Below are positions 47,394 to 58,089 of a stretch of DNA of 64,000 nt, one piece after another. Location: the IMG/VR virus record IMGVR_UViG_3300030041_000010, one strand, 5' to 3'. Position 1 is the stretch's first letter. Each line of letters starts with the position of its first letter. The notes under the pieces were generated by a model that was not told the DNA's origin, ran no database searches, and saw nothing but the letters and a program-made list of their open reading frames with translations. This stretch comes from a virus. The translations under genes were made by a program, and so were the position numbers.

Positions 47394-50180
47394 ATGCAAC
47401 TGAATGAAGAACAGATAGCCGCAGTAGAACACCCACTCGGGCAACCAGCTTGTCTCATCGCCGGAGCCGGATCAGGCAAGACTCGCGTTCTTACCGAAAG
47501 AGTAAAATGGCTTATCGCTCAAGGGATTCCACCTAGAAAGATAGCGGCGATAACCTTTACTAATAAGGCCGCAAACGAATTATTAGACCGGCTTCAACTT
47601 GATGGTGCCTCCTTCGATGTCCCCAAAGTATCCACCATTCACTCTATTGCCCTCTCAGCGATACGCCGTGACCCGGTTGGTTTTGGTCTCCAGCAAAAGG
47701 TGACACCGCTGGACGATTATGACCAGAGTCAGATGATTCGCCGGATTGTAGAACGGACGGTTGATGTTAAGGAAAAAGGTATCAGCCTTGGTTCTTATGT
47801 GTATGGTTTCCTTGATAAGGTGGGCTATCACCGCGCTCGGGGTCTCGGGTTTTGTGTGGACTACACCGATGAGGTTCACGAGCAAGCGTTGGTTGCCCAC
47901 GCAGGGCACCACGCTCTTGAGCCGTTTGATTTGCAGATTTGGAAGCTGTACGAAGCTGAAAAACAATCTTGTGGTTCGATAGATTTTGACGACATGCTTT
48001 GCCTGTTTAACCGTCGCTGTGAGCAAGACTCAGCATGGAGAGCCCAACTACAGAAGGCATTTGATGTTGTGCTGGTTGATGAGGCACAGGACTTGTCTGT
48101 TCCGCAGTGGGGGGTAGTTAACGGGCTTCTCGCTCCGGCTAATCCAAACCTAATGACGGTGGGAGATTTGAGCCAGTGCCAACCTCCGGGAACTAAGGTT
48201 AAGGTCACTACCTCCCTTTCAAGGGGTAGCGTCAAATCAAGGTTCGAATTGCGTAACATCGAAGATTTGCGCGACGGTGACTTAGTTCCTACTTGGCACA
48301 AGCGTGACCAAATATCCTATCATTCAGGGCGGAAAATAAAAGTAGCCCACCGCCCCTATTCAGGGGCATTACTTAAAATCACCACTGAAACCAGTTCGAC
48401 TGAATGCACCCCCAATCACTGGAATTGGGTGAGATTCAATAAAAACACAACAGGAAAATACATGGTGTATCTCATGTATCGTTCTGATTTGGGGTTTAGA
48501 GTGGGTCTTAGCATTTTTAAGCGCAGTACAGGGAAGGGCACTACAGGTAGTTATGGGCTCTCCTCTAGGTTCACTCAAGAAAAGGCTGATAAGGCTTGGA
48601 TTTTGGGCGTCTATGACACTCGACAGGAAGCGGAAGCATGGGAAGAAATCATCTCACTAAAATATGGCATCCCTGAGTCCCTTTTTGAAGCTACAGTGTG
48701 CTGGCACAAAACTGATGAGCTAATTAGGCTAATCTTCTCTCACGCTAACCCTGAAGGGGGTCAGCGTTGCTTATCAGACCACGGTCTTATTTTTGAACAA
48801 CCGATTCTGTCTCCACGTGCAGACGGGTTTATAGGTAGAAGTTGGCGTGGGTACTTCAAAACAGCAGCGGCTAACATCCTGCCGGGATTGATGGACATCC
48901 CAATTGAGGGACGGAACAAAAGCGTACCTATTATTGCTTGTCCATCTAGGCACTATGAGGGGTTAGTCTACTCCCTAGATGTTGAAGAAGAGCACACGTA
49001 TATAGCTGATGGGTTAGTCGTAGGGAACTCCATCATGGGATTCAATGGGTCTGCACCACACCTTCTCAAGGAGTTTTCAGAGGGGTGGAGAGGGCACACA
49101 CCCATACTGTATCGTATCGCACGCAACCATCGCAGCCTTCCGCGCATCGTATATCTCGCTAACCACATTCAGTCAAAGATGACTGACACCATTCCACTCA
49201 AGATGCAAGTCTTCCGTGGTGACTCGGATAACAAGGGCACCATCGAACTAACTCGTGCTTCGATGCCCCTTGACATCGCACTGATTATCGCCGGAGAGAT
49301 TTCCAAAGATAACCAGCGTAAGAAGGATCAGATTCCATATAAAGAGAACTGCATCCTTGTTCGCAGTGCCCGTCAGATACCTGACCTTGAGAGCGCACTG
49401 GTGCGTCATCGCGTCCCCTATCAGATACGCGGGGGTCGCGGACTTCTTCAAACAGAAGAGATTCGTGATGTGCTTTCATACTTGAGGCTTGCCACCAACC
49501 CCAAAGATTTTACTGCTCTCGCTCGTGCAGTCACCGTACCCAAGACAGGTGCTGGTGATGTGACGTTGGAAAAGATTCGCAAGACGGCCAATGATAAGTT
49601 CGGCGGTGACTTGATTAAGGGCTGCACCTCTGTTGACAAGTTGTCAACGTTTGTAATGGCGTTGGAACGGTTTCAGAAGTTCGGTGACTATCCGGTTCAG
49701 GCTCTTGACCAAATCATTGACTACATGAACTATAAGAGCTATGTTTCCAACAAGTACAAGAAGGAACCCGACAAGATAAAAACCAAACTGGAAAACATCG
49801 ACCGCTTCAGGGAGCTTGTACGTGGTCTTTCCGAAGATCATAAGATGTCCACTGAAGACCTTGTATTCCAACTTACTATCGACCGGGCACGTGAGGATGA
49901 CAAGGATGGTATGGTCACGGTGTCCACTATCCACTCGGCAAAGGGGCTGGAGTGGCGGAGGGTTTATGTGACGAATGTAGTTGAAGGTAGTTTACCTCAT
50001 CGGTTTTCAATGGGGAGTGAGGCCGAAATTGAGGAGGAGCGCAGACTTTGGTACGTGGCCGTGACTCGCGCTAAAGACGCCCTCACCATTTGTGTACACT
50101 CCATGGAGCAGAACGAGAGCAACACTCGGAGAGTAACACCCAGTCGGTTCTTGTCAGAGATTGGAGTCATCAATGAGTGA
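47394..50180 (+). CDS. UvrD/PcrA-family SF1 helicase containing an intein
   Basis: AGAGSGKT, ITFTNKAA, VDEAQD, VGD..Q, STIHSAKGLEW, EERRLWYVAVTRAK. Confidence 0.92.
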   Translation: MQLNEEQIAAVEHPLGQPACLIAGAGSGKTRVLTERVKWLIAQGIPPRKIAAITFTNKAANELLDRLQLDGASFDVPKVSTIHSIALSAIRRDPVGFGLQQKVTPLDDYDQSQMIRRIVERTVDVKEKGISLGSYVYGFLDKVGYHRARGLGFCVDYTDEVHEQALVAHAGHHALEPFDLQIWKLYEAEKQSCGSIDFDDMLCLFNRRCEQDSAWRAQLQKAFDVVLVDEAQDLSVPQWGVVNGLLAPANPNLMTVGDLSQCQPPGTKVKVTTSLSRGSVKSRFELRNIEDLRDGDLVPTWHKRDQISYHSGRKIKVAHRPYSGALLKITTETSSTECTPNHWNWVRFNKNTTGKYMVYLMYRSDLGFRVGLSIFKRSTGKGTTGSYGLSSRFTQEKADKAWILGVYDTRQEAEAWEEIISLKYGIPESLFEATVCWHKTDELIRLIFSHANPEGGQRCLSDHGLIFEQPILSPRADGFIGRSWRGYFKTAAANILPGLMDIPIEGRNKSVPIIACPSRHYEGLVYSLDVEEEHTYIADGLVVGNSIMGFNGSAPHLLKEFSEGWRGHTPILYRIARNHRSLPRIVYLANHIQSKMTDTIPLKMQVFRGDSDNKGTIELTRASMPLDIALIIAGEISKDNQRKKDQIPYKENCILVRSARQIPDLESALVRHRVPYQIRGGRGLLQTEEIRDVLSYLRLATNPKDFTALARAVTVPKTGAGDVTLEKIRKTANDKFGGDLIKGCTSVDKLSTFVMALERFQKFGDYPVQALDQIIDYMNYKSYVSNKYKKEPDKIKTKLENIDRFRELVRGLSEDHKMSTEDLVFQLTIDRAREDDKDGMVTVSTIHSAKGLEWRRVYVTNVVEGSLPHRFSMGSEAEIEEERRLWYVAVTRAKDALTICVHSMEQNESNTRRVTPSRFLSEIGVINE
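48177..49028 (+). mobile_element. Intein (284 aa) in helicase motif III
   Basis: VGDLSQ|CQPPGT...TPNH...VYSLDVEEEHTYIADGLVVGN|SIMGF; removal restores VGD.xQSI.GF. Confidence 0.88.
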
Positions 50181-50406
50181 TTGGGTTCCTCTAAAAGAGC
50201 GTAAACCAAACCATGACCAAGTTGTGCTGGTCTGGTGGCCTAATGCCCCCGACGAACACCAGTGCTTCAAGGCTCGATTTTGTCGTCATGACAAGCGCAG
50301 AAAGGGTTATTTTGATTGCTCTGAATTCGAGGATGTCTACTGGACGCTGGCGAACGAAGAGGCCACCCATTGGATGCCGTTACCCCAAGGTCCAAAAAAA
50401 AATTAG
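50173..50406 (+). CDS. DUF551-like small protein
   Basis: WVPLKERKP...VLV...THWMPLP. Confidence 0.7.
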   Translation: MSDWVPLKERKPNHDQVVLVWWPNAPDEHQCFKARFCRHDKRRKGYFDCSEFEDVYWTLANEEATHWMPLPQGPKKN

Positions 50407-50451
50407 GGGGAAAAGTATCCAGAGTTAGACTGGTTCAGGTATACTACGTAC

Positions 50452-50715
50452 ATGAGCTACTTCGAGATGGACGAGAACCTCACATCCGAACAACTTCAGG
50501 CTATGCGTAAGTGGGCGAACCTTTATGGTCGCACATGGAAGTCGAAACTCCGCGATGCTTGGATGACCGGCGACTATGCTGGTTTCGAGGGTAGCAATTT
50601 TCTTCAGCAGCTTCGCAACGCCTACGGCCCCTCTTGGCTCATACACTTCAATCTTTCAGTAGTGGAACGGATGCATCTTCCTTCGGCGCGGTTAGTGAGG
50701 GATTCCTATGCCTGA
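50452..50715 (+). CDS. Hypothetical protein
   Basis: GRTWKSKL..AW..G...LQQLRN.YGPSWL. Confidence 0.55.
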   Translation: MSYFEMDENLTSEQLQAMRKWANLYGRTWKSKLRDAWMTGDYAGFEGSNFLQQLRNAYGPSWLIHFNLSVVERMHLPSARLVRDSYA

Positions 50716-50829
50716 GTTTTTAATCGTTGACATGCACACCCATATCGACCCCCATGAAGAGTTGGAAGCAATGGTCGGCCACGACATGAAAATCATCCCC
50801 ATTACATTGGGGTTGGAAGAGGAAGATTG

Positions 50830-51774
50830 ATGCAAAAACCCAGTTATGGTGTACTCGTCGCCCGGTGCCAAGTGCATGAATTGCATGAAGGGCATCTCTG
50901 GTTGTTCAACGAAGTCAAGGCACGTAACTCGCGTGTCATTATTTTCCTTGGCGTCAAACCAATCGGAGCCACTTACAAGAACCCTCTTGACTTCGAGACC
51001 CGCAGGGCGATGATTCAAGCAATTCCCGCCTACAAGGATTTCAATATCCTTCCACTTCCCGACATGCCGACCGATGAAGCGTGGTCGAAGGTTCTGGATG
51101 GTCGCATCCGTGAACTTTGTGATTATGGCGAAGTGACGCTATACGGCTCTCGTGATTCTTTCACAAAGCACTACACCGGCTCGTTTACGCCCGTTGAACT
51201 GACCATGCCACACGACCTTCGCAGCATCAATGGTACGGAGATTCGGGCTGGCCTCACTAATCAAATCATTGCCTCCGCCGACTTCCGGGCCGGGGTCATT
51301 CATGCCATCACCAATCTCCGTCCGCAGGTCAAGGCGACCGTGGACATCGTGATTACCACCGAGACCCTGCTATCGTGGTCGCATCCCGGCCCTGACGCCG
51401 CTAGGTTGACGCGGTTCTTTCTCCTCGGCCAGAAGCCCGGTGAAACGTGCTGGCGCTTCATCGGGGGTTTCTCAGAGCCCACCACACCTTCCTACGAATT
51501 CGATGCGGCTCGTGAAGCCATGGAAGAGACCGGCTTGCCGATTGAAGACCTGAAGTATATTGGCTCAACTCTGGTTCCGGACTGGCGTTGGGCAGGGGAG
51601 CCCGACCAAATCAAGACGCTCGTTTTTGTTGGAACGTCCATGACCATGGGGGGTAAGGCCAACGACGACATCGCCAAGGTGAAGTGGGTTAAGGCCAGCG
51701 AACTCTCCGAGTCGTTGTTCAGTGATGTTCACAAACCCATTTGGCACATCGTCAAAAAGCACTTCAATCTGTAA
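50830..51774 (+). CDS. Bifunctional NMN adenylyltransferase / Nudix hydrolase (NadM-Nudix)
   Basis: ARCQ..HEGH, KNPLDF.TR, NGTEIR; Nudix GGF...AAREAMEETG. Confidence 0.85.
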   Translation: MQKPSYGVLVARCQVHELHEGHLWLFNEVKARNSRVIIFLGVKPIGATYKNPLDFETRRAMIQAIPAYKDFNILPLPDMPTDEAWSKVLDGRIRELCDYGEVTLYGSRDSFTKHYTGSFTPVELTMPHDLRSINGTEIRAGLTNQIIASADFRAGVIHAITNLRPQVKATVDIVITTETLLSWSHPGPDAARLTRFFLLGQKPGETCWRFIGGFSEPTTPSYEFDAAREAMEETGLPIEDLKYIGSTLVPDWRWAGEPDQIKTLVFVGTSMTMGGKANDDIAKVKWVKASELSESLFSDVHKPIWHIVKKHFNL

Positions 51775-51786
51775 AGGGGGCAACAT

Positions 51787-53223
51787 ATGGCACTTTCGAA
51801 ATTGTCGCAAGAGTTTGATGGTAGGGGAGACCTGTACAAATACTCCCACTGGCGGATGTACCCACCGGGCGCTCGACGCCTTGAATCGTACCTCGAATGC
51901 CGCATCGGTGCGAAGTATCACAAGACCGTGCCCTTTGGTCTCCAGTACATCTTGGAGGAATACTTCACCGGCAAGCGCCTTTCGAAGGATGGCATTCTTC
52001 GTCGCCAGTGGAAGATTGACCAAATGATGGGACCGGGAACCTTCAACATCAAGGGTTGGCTGGATATGCTCGAAGCACACGATGGCGCTCTACCCATTCG
52101 CATCAAAGCGATTCCTGAGGGCACCGTATTGGACAACTCCAACGCTCTGCTGGTGCTCGAAAGCGTTGACGACCGTTTCATCTGGTTCAACAACTTCGCT
52201 GAAACTGCCATTATGCAGTCGTGGTATCCCACCACCGTCGCCTCGGCTCAGTTCGCCAAGCGACAGATGTTCCTCGAATTCCTGTACAAGACAGGCGACC
52301 CCGGTCTCATCGACTACAAGTGGGTGGACTTTGGCTATCGTGGTGTGTCTTCGCAGGAGTCAGCGGCTCTTGGTGGTGCGGCTCACTTGCTCAGCTTCAA
52401 ATCGAGCGACACGATGATTGCAGACGACTTCGTGGAAGCCTACTACCCCGATTTAACCGGCGCTCCACACACGGTGAAGATGGGCAGCGTTCCAGCCTCG
52501 GAGCACTCCACGACAACCTCGTGGGGCAAGGAAAACGAGCCTCGTGCTATCGGCAACATTCTGGAAGCGTACCCCACAGGTATTGTCTCCATTGTTGGCG
52601 ACTCGTACGACTACGAGAACTTTGTTCGCGCCATCATCGGTGGTAAGTATCGCGACAGCATCCTTCGCCGTGAAGGTGTGGTTGTGGTTCGCCCAGACTC
52701 TGGTGACCCGGCCACGATGGTCCTTCGCTCCTGCCAGTGGTTGGAAGAAAATTTTGGTGCCGATTACAACGACAAGGGCTACAAAGTTCTCAACAAGCAC
52801 GTTCGTGTCATTCAAGGTGATGGCATTGACTACGACTCCGCTTACGAGATTCTTGCCACACTGGAGCGTTCCAAATACTCGCTGGACAACCTTACCCTCG
52901 GTGAGGGTGGCGGAGCACTCCAGAAGGTCAACCGTGACACACAGCGCACTGCTCTGAAAGCGTCGGCCATCGACATTGAAGGGGTGTGGCACGATGTGTT
53001 CAAAGACCCCAAGACCGACCCCGGCAAGGCATCGAAGGCCGGTCACCTCGCGGTAGTCTGTGTGAATGGGGTATACCGCACCATCCCCAAGCAGGAAGGT
53101 ATCACCTACCCGCAGGATTGCTTGGTTCCTGTGTTCGATACTGGAAAGATTCTGAAGCGTTATGGCTTCGATGAAGTTCGGACTCGGGTTGTGGCAAACG
53201 ACGGAACGGCGGAAGACTTTTAA
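51787..53223 (+). CDS. nadV: Nicotinamide phosphoribosyltransferase (NAMPT)
   Basis: DLYKYSH, WYPTTVAS, DFGYRG, PASEHS, VRPDSGDP, IQGDG, KDPKTDPGK.SK.G. Confidence 0.92.
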   Translation: MALSKLSQEFDGRGDLYKYSHWRMYPPGARRLESYLECRIGAKYHKTVPFGLQYILEEYFTGKRLSKDGILRRQWKIDQMMGPGTFNIKGWLDMLEAHDGALPIRIKAIPEGTVLDNSNALLVLESVDDRFIWFNNFAETAIMQSWYPTTVASAQFAKRQMFLEFLYKTGDPGLIDYKWVDFGYRGVSSQESAALGGAAHLLSFKSSDTMIADDFVEAYYPDLTGAPHTVKMGSVPASEHSTTTSWGKENEPRAIGNILEAYPTGIVSIVGDSYDYENFVRAIIGGKYRDSILRREGVVVVRPDSGDPATMVLRSCQWLEENFGADYNDKGYKVLNKHVRVIQGDGIDYDSAYEILATLERSKYSLDNLTLGEGGGALQKVNRDTQRTALKASAIDIEGVWHDVFKDPKTDPGKASKAGHLAVVCVNGVYRTIPKQEGITYPQDCLVPVFDTGKILKRYGFDEVRTRVVANDGTAEDF

Positions 53224-54135
53224 CTATGAGATTTCAATTGCACAGAAACCCGCAGCTTAGTTTTACACGGTTACCGGACACTACGGTGCTCCGTGCTCTC
53301 GGTGTAAATCGCATTTTAAGTGTCGGGTTTCTGACAATTGGATGGTGGTGGAAAGTATGACTTGGAGTTGGAGTGAAGCAGGCGAAATGACGGAAGAGAT
53401 AAAAGCAAAGATCGATAGCCTAGATCGCTATGAGATGTGCCGCATATGGCGTTATGCTGCCAGTGGGCACTCTTTATTACAAGGCGAAGCGGGAGACTAC
53501 TTCAAGACGCGGCTGTATGATCTAGGGGGCTTTAGTCCTGAAATTAGCAAATCACTTGGATGGGATCACCAAAGATATGTATGATGATGTGTGGGTGGAG
53601 ATGACGGCATCCCCTGATATAGGCTTTTTGGGTTGGATTCATTTCCGCAATGAAAGCATCCCCACTCTCTTGAAAAGAGTCAAGGAGTATCGCAATGGAT
53701 AACAAGAGGGCGGAAGTAGCTCGGCTTCTTAATGACCTCAAAGAGGCCAAAGGTAACCAAGAGAAACTCATGGCCGCATCGGCTCTCCTCGCTGACTTGG
53801 GGCTCATTCCCAACACCCCGCAGATGAAACTCAGGTGGATGAATCAATAGGGACTTACGTAGTTAACTCGGCAAATCAAGAGATGATAGAACTAGATAAA
53901 GGTGAGGTGTTCAGATGAGTATGAGATGGATCGATGGCGAAGGAATGACAACACAAAACATCGAAATCGAAACGGATGTTGTGGACACGACGGATTGTCC
54001 TAAATGTGGCAGTGTTGCTGGTGAGGGTTGCGGTTTCTGGAATCGCGCAATGAATGTGACGTGGGTTAGACCGCACAGTGTCCGCGTCGAACTGTATTTG
54101 CAATCAAACCCTTCGATGACTCAGTATTAAGTAGC

Positions 54136-54879
54136 ATGAGCCAAGAGCTACTCAAGGGTACAGTATACTGGCGTGAAATTAGAAGCAGCCTATTCGTACA
54201 CAATGAAAAATGGGATGAAACTGTCAAGCGGCTCCCTGAGCTATTGAATTCAGGGATCGTCTATAAGTCCCTCCAAACTGTTGACCAACTCCTTGCCTCC
54301 GGGTTGCATGGTGTAGGTACAATTGGAAACAAGAAGATTGAAGTCACCCCGGACAAATACATACTCCTCGACACCGCTCCTCTTTTTGAAGGAGTTTACA
54401 CCACAGAGAATTTGTTCCTTCAGTGGATGTATCAGTTTTGCATCATTGAAACCCTCGCTTCTCACCTTAATGCCACCCCGCTGCCGGAGTGGAACCCTAC
54501 TTTCATAACTCTGTTTGAAGACAAGCTGCATGTGATGACCTACATCGCGGCACTTATTCTTCTGTATGAAGAGGGTCAGTTTAAAGCTGTAGTAACCGAT
54601 GATAATTTTCAATCCACCAAGATTCACGTGCGAAACAAGGTGCAGGAGTTGACCAGTACCATATACTCCAAATGTGCTGAGTATGGTGAAAGTTTCCGTC
54701 GTCATGGTGTGCAAGGTACTTTGCCTCGGCTGTGGGACAAGATAGCCCGATATGCCCAACTCTCGGCACTGGGTCGGGATGCAAAATATGAACCCAAGTT
54801 GGACTCGGCCAGAGATTTACTTGGGTATTGTATTATTGCATGGAGTTTAATCCATGAATTGGATGAGGATAATACATGA
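54136..54879 (+). CDS. Protein with a C-terminal DUF1599/nucleotide-modification-associated domain
   Basis: K..EYGESF...G...RLWDKIAR...DS.RDLLGY.II. Confidence 0.6.
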   Translation: MSQELLKGTVYWREIRSSLFVHNEKWDETVKRLPELLNSGIVYKSLQTVDQLLASGLHGVGTIGNKKIEVTPDKYILLDTAPLFEGVYTTENLFLQWMYQFCIIETLASHLNATPLPEWNPTFITLFEDKLHVMTYIAALILLYEEGQFKAVVTDDNFQSTKIHVRNKVQELTSTIYSKCAEYGESFRRHGVQGTLPRLWDKIARYAQLSALGRDAKYEPKLDSARDLLGYCIIAWSLIHELDEDNT

Positions 54880-55169
54880 GCTATACGCCAATCAATTCAA
54901 AAGCCCCCTCGGTTGCAACACTTCGCAAGCTGTTTAAGGCCAACCCTGAGTTGGCTCCCATGGCTCCTTATATTGGGGGTGGGCTCAAGGCAGTGAACTA
55001 TGCCTTCAATGTTCTTGACGCAGCCAAGACAGTTGCGGCTCCTCGCGGTATTGAAATCGCAGCTATTGAAATTCATGCCAAGAATGAAACCAGCAAGAAA
55101 GCCGTAGGCGAAATCGCGGTCGCTAATTTTATCCTAGATGCTCTTAAGCAGAAACTTGGTTTGTCATGA
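54876..55169 (+). CDS. Hypothetical protein
   Basis: SD GAGG; ATGA overlap. Confidence 0.5.
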   Translation: MSYTPINSKAPSVATLRKLFKANPELAPMAPYIGGGLKAVNYAFNVLDAAKTVAAPRGIEIAAIEIHAKNETSKKAVGEIAVANFILDALKQKLGLS

Positions 55170-55594
55170 AGACACACTGCAAGCTACTCGATGACATGGG
55201 GCTTGTATTTATCGGCAACGGTGCAATGGGCTATGGGATGGAACATGGTGCCCTGCGATGGGCTCCTGATTGGGTTAAACGGGCCATCTGTAGGGTATGG
55301 AATAAGGTGCATTGCGCCTACGCTGGTCATGACCAATTTGGATATGAGGCATATACCAGCCACGTTATATTCGGTGCTCCGGTATGCATTAACTGTTGTT
55401 CCAAGCTGAAGATTGACGGGCGGCACCCCACTCCAGAAGAGATTACAGTTCACAATGAATTGTGCAGGAAGAACATGGAAGAATCAGAAGCTAAGTGGCG
55501 TCTGGAACACCCGGAGGATGCGGCTGAACATGACCGGCTGATGGCTGAGATGGATGCCAATATAGAAACATGGCTGGCAGAAGCCGACGACTAA
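55166..55594 (+). CDS. Hypothetical protein
   Basis: ATGA overlap; 142 aa. Confidence 0.5.
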   Translation: MKTHCKLLDDMGLVFIGNGAMGYGMEHGALRWAPDWVKRAICRVWNKVHCAYAGHDQFGYEAYTSHVIFGAPVCINCCSKLKIDGRHPTPEEITVHNELCRKNMEESEAKWRLEHPEDAAEHDRLMAEMDANIETWLAEADD

Positions 55595-55658
55595 GTGAAA
55601 AAATTCCTTCTTTTCAAGAATTACGCTACCGGGTTCTTAGAAGAGGGGAATACTTCGC

Positions 55659-56654
55659 ATGGTTACACTTACACAGGGAAAAACTTTAGGCTCAGGCGAC
55701 CTGAACTTTTTAGTTAGGGACATTAGCGGAGCCCTTATAGACCCAGCCCTGATTACTTACAGCATATTTCAGGTATCATCTCAAATTCCTGTCAAGGTTC
55801 GTGGGGCGTATGAGTACGACACTCTACAGCCTCAGAACCTCCTACAGCCTACGTACACACCTCAGAACGCTGTCTTGGTGGGTCAGCCCCGAATGGTGCC
55901 CTCCAGAGCCTCTCAGGGGGCTTATTGGGTCAATATTACCATCCCTACGATGTGGAATGGTGTGTATCGGCTGGTTTGGTATCTAACTCAATATAAGGAT
56001 CAGCCAGAGAATCAGGCATTTGAAGACTTTGTCGTCCAAAACGTGGACCCGGCATCGAACTCTTTTGAAGCCCCTTCTTCCATTATTGCCCAAGCTCCCA
56101 TCACGACAAACAAATACGCCCCGGCCATTATGTACGTTCGGGAACTCATCTCCGATGAAAACCCCGACCGCAATTACCACTTTCGTCCGCCGACGCCGGG
56201 TAAGGTCGTCGCCGGGTACACTACTCGCGTGGGGTACATCTGGCTTGATTCCACTATTCTTCGAATGCTTGACATTTCCATTTCTAAACTGAATACGTGG
56301 AACATCAAAAACTACTGGAATTGGACACTCGATACTATTCCAATTGACTGGGGTCGGTGTGCGGCTATTGGGGCAGCATCATCTTGCTTACTCAAGGAAG
56401 GCGCACGTTGGGCTGCTGACGAGTTCAGCTACAGTCTGAACGGCGTGTCTCTCGACATCAACAAGGCCAACTTGTATCAATCCCTTGGACAGACATATCA
56501 ACAGGAGTTTAATGAGTGGGCTCCTCTCATCACGGCTAACAGACCGTTCAGTGCGGGTCTCAGACAACAGAGATGGTTGCTAGGCGCTTTAGCTTGGTTA
56601 GCTATTCTTATCCCTCCTTTAGTTTCTGCGTTTGTCAGCAGTAGTGGTTGCTAG
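55659..56654 (+). CDS. Probable head-tail adaptor/neck protein
   Basis: First gene of a late block; FSYSLNGVSLDI.K...Y pattern; context before the sheath. Confidence 0.5.
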   Translation: MVTLTQGKTLGSGDLNFLVRDISGALIDPALITYSIFQVSSQIPVKVRGAYEYDTLQPQNLLQPTYTPQNAVLVGQPRMVPSRASQGAYWVNITIPTMWNGVYRLVWYLTQYKDQPENQAFEDFVVQNVDPASNSFEAPSSIIAQAPITTNKYAPAIMYVRELISDENPDRNYHFRPPTPGKVVAGYTTRVGYIWLDSTILRMLDISISKLNTWNIKNYWNWTLDTIPIDWGRCAAIGAASSCLLKEGARWAADEFSYSLNGVSLDINKANLYQSLGQTYQQEFNEWAPLITANRPFSAGLRQQRWLLGALAWLAILIPPLVSAFVSSSGC

Positions 56655-56698
56655 ACTTCAAAACGAAAATTTTCACCTTTATTTAGGTGTGAAGAATT

Positions 56699-58000
56699 AT
56701 GATTCAACAGCTTCTTGTAATGAACAGTTCGTATATTGGCTCCCGTGACCTTTGGTGGATGGATGATGAGAAAGCCACGAAAGGTTACAACATCTATCGA
56801 GCTTTTGACTACCCGGTGAACTGGGTGAAGCTGAACGCTGCCCCATGGTCAGGTCATTTCTACCGCGACCAAGTGACTCTACAGCAGGTCACCTACACTG
56901 TGCAGGATTCTGATTGGCGGGATAAAGGCACGTTGGGTAAATGGGTGTTTCAGATTCCTGACATCCCCTACGCCGACGTGGATAAAGGCCGTCCGTATGT
57001 CTCTAACAACCCTCAGGATGTTCAGGTGATTTTGGATGGGACGACCATCGTCACTCCGGTGCAAGTGCAAGGGCTCGACCGAACCGTCTGGCTTCAGGCC
57101 GACAATGAACTCAAGCCGGGAGGTTACGTCTCAGACTTGGCTCCGGTGAGCACAGACGTTGTCTGGCGGACAGATTATTCAGGAATTCAAACCTTCCAAG
57201 TTGTCTACAACAAGCTGGCTAATTATGTGGACATTTACAGCGGAATGGTTCGTACGTTTTACACCATAGTTCCGGTAGGTGCCACTGGGGAGCTTCATAA
57301 ACCCGGAATCCCCGGCTCCAAGGTGGTCAACAGTCAAGAGGTTGATGAAATAACGTGGGAGTATGCGGAGATGGTACGCCGCAACGAGTGGTTATTCGAG
57401 CAGGTTGGTGAGCCAGCGTATGTGATGTTCCGCAAAACTCGCGGTGAGTTGTGTGGTTGCCGTGGTCCCGAGACTGGCTTGGGAGCAGCCCGGACAGGAT
57501 GCCCGATTTGTTTTGAGGTCGGTATTGTTGGCGGCTACTACGGGCCGTATGACCTTCTTTATGTTCCACCAGATTCCGCTATCACTCGTGAGCTAGATGA
57601 GGGCGGCGGTATCAAAGCGACTCGTGATAGCAAAAGCTATTTGACTCGAACTCCTATTATTCAGGATGGTGATCTTATCATTCGTCGCACGGGCGACCGG
57701 ATGGTGGTGCATAGTGTCACGTATAAGTCCCCTCGTGGCATCCTCTTGCAGCAGGATTTTAACACTGAATTGCTGAAATGGGGCGACACCCGATACCTTA
57801 TCCCTCTCAATACAGGCTTACCTACTTTGTACGACCCTGTTGTGAATAGAAATCCATTCCAAGGTCTTGACCCTAATAACCTTAATGGAAACGGGGAACC
57901 CCTTTATGACGCCCGTGTTCAGCCGGGTAAACCTGTATGGGAGAATCAGGCCGAGATTCCAATTGGTCGGACGGTAACGTTCGGACGTATAATGTCGTGA
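56699..58000 (+). CDS. Probable head-closure/neck protein
   Basis: L.EQVGE...R..RGELCGC...CPICF.VG..GGY typical of large myovirus neck proteins. Confidence 0.6.
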   Translation: MIQQLLVMNSSYIGSRDLWWMDDEKATKGYNIYRAFDYPVNWVKLNAAPWSGHFYRDQVTLQQVTYTVQDSDWRDKGTLGKWVFQIPDIPYADVDKGRPYVSNNPQDVQVILDGTTIVTPVQVQGLDRTVWLQADNELKPGGYVSDLAPVSTDVVWRTDYSGIQTFQVVYNKLANYVDIYSGMVRTFYTIVPVGATGELHKPGIPGSKVVNSQEVDEITWEYAEMVRRNEWLFEQVGEPAYVMFRKTRGELCGCRGPETGLGAARTGCPICFEVGIVGGYYGPYDLLYVPPDSAITRELDEGGGIKATRDSKSYLTRTPIIQDGDLIIRRTGDRMVVHSVTYKSPRGILLQQDFNTELLKWGDTRYLIPLNTGLPTLYDPVVNRNPFQGLDPNNLNGNGEPLYDARVQPGKPVWENQAEIPIGRTVTFGRIMS

Positions 58001-58089
58001 CCCCTAGAATTTCTCAACTATGACTCCCTACTACAGGAAGTATCCCAGCACGGCGTTTGTCGATTTCCACTCCGACAAAGCTAAGAAGT

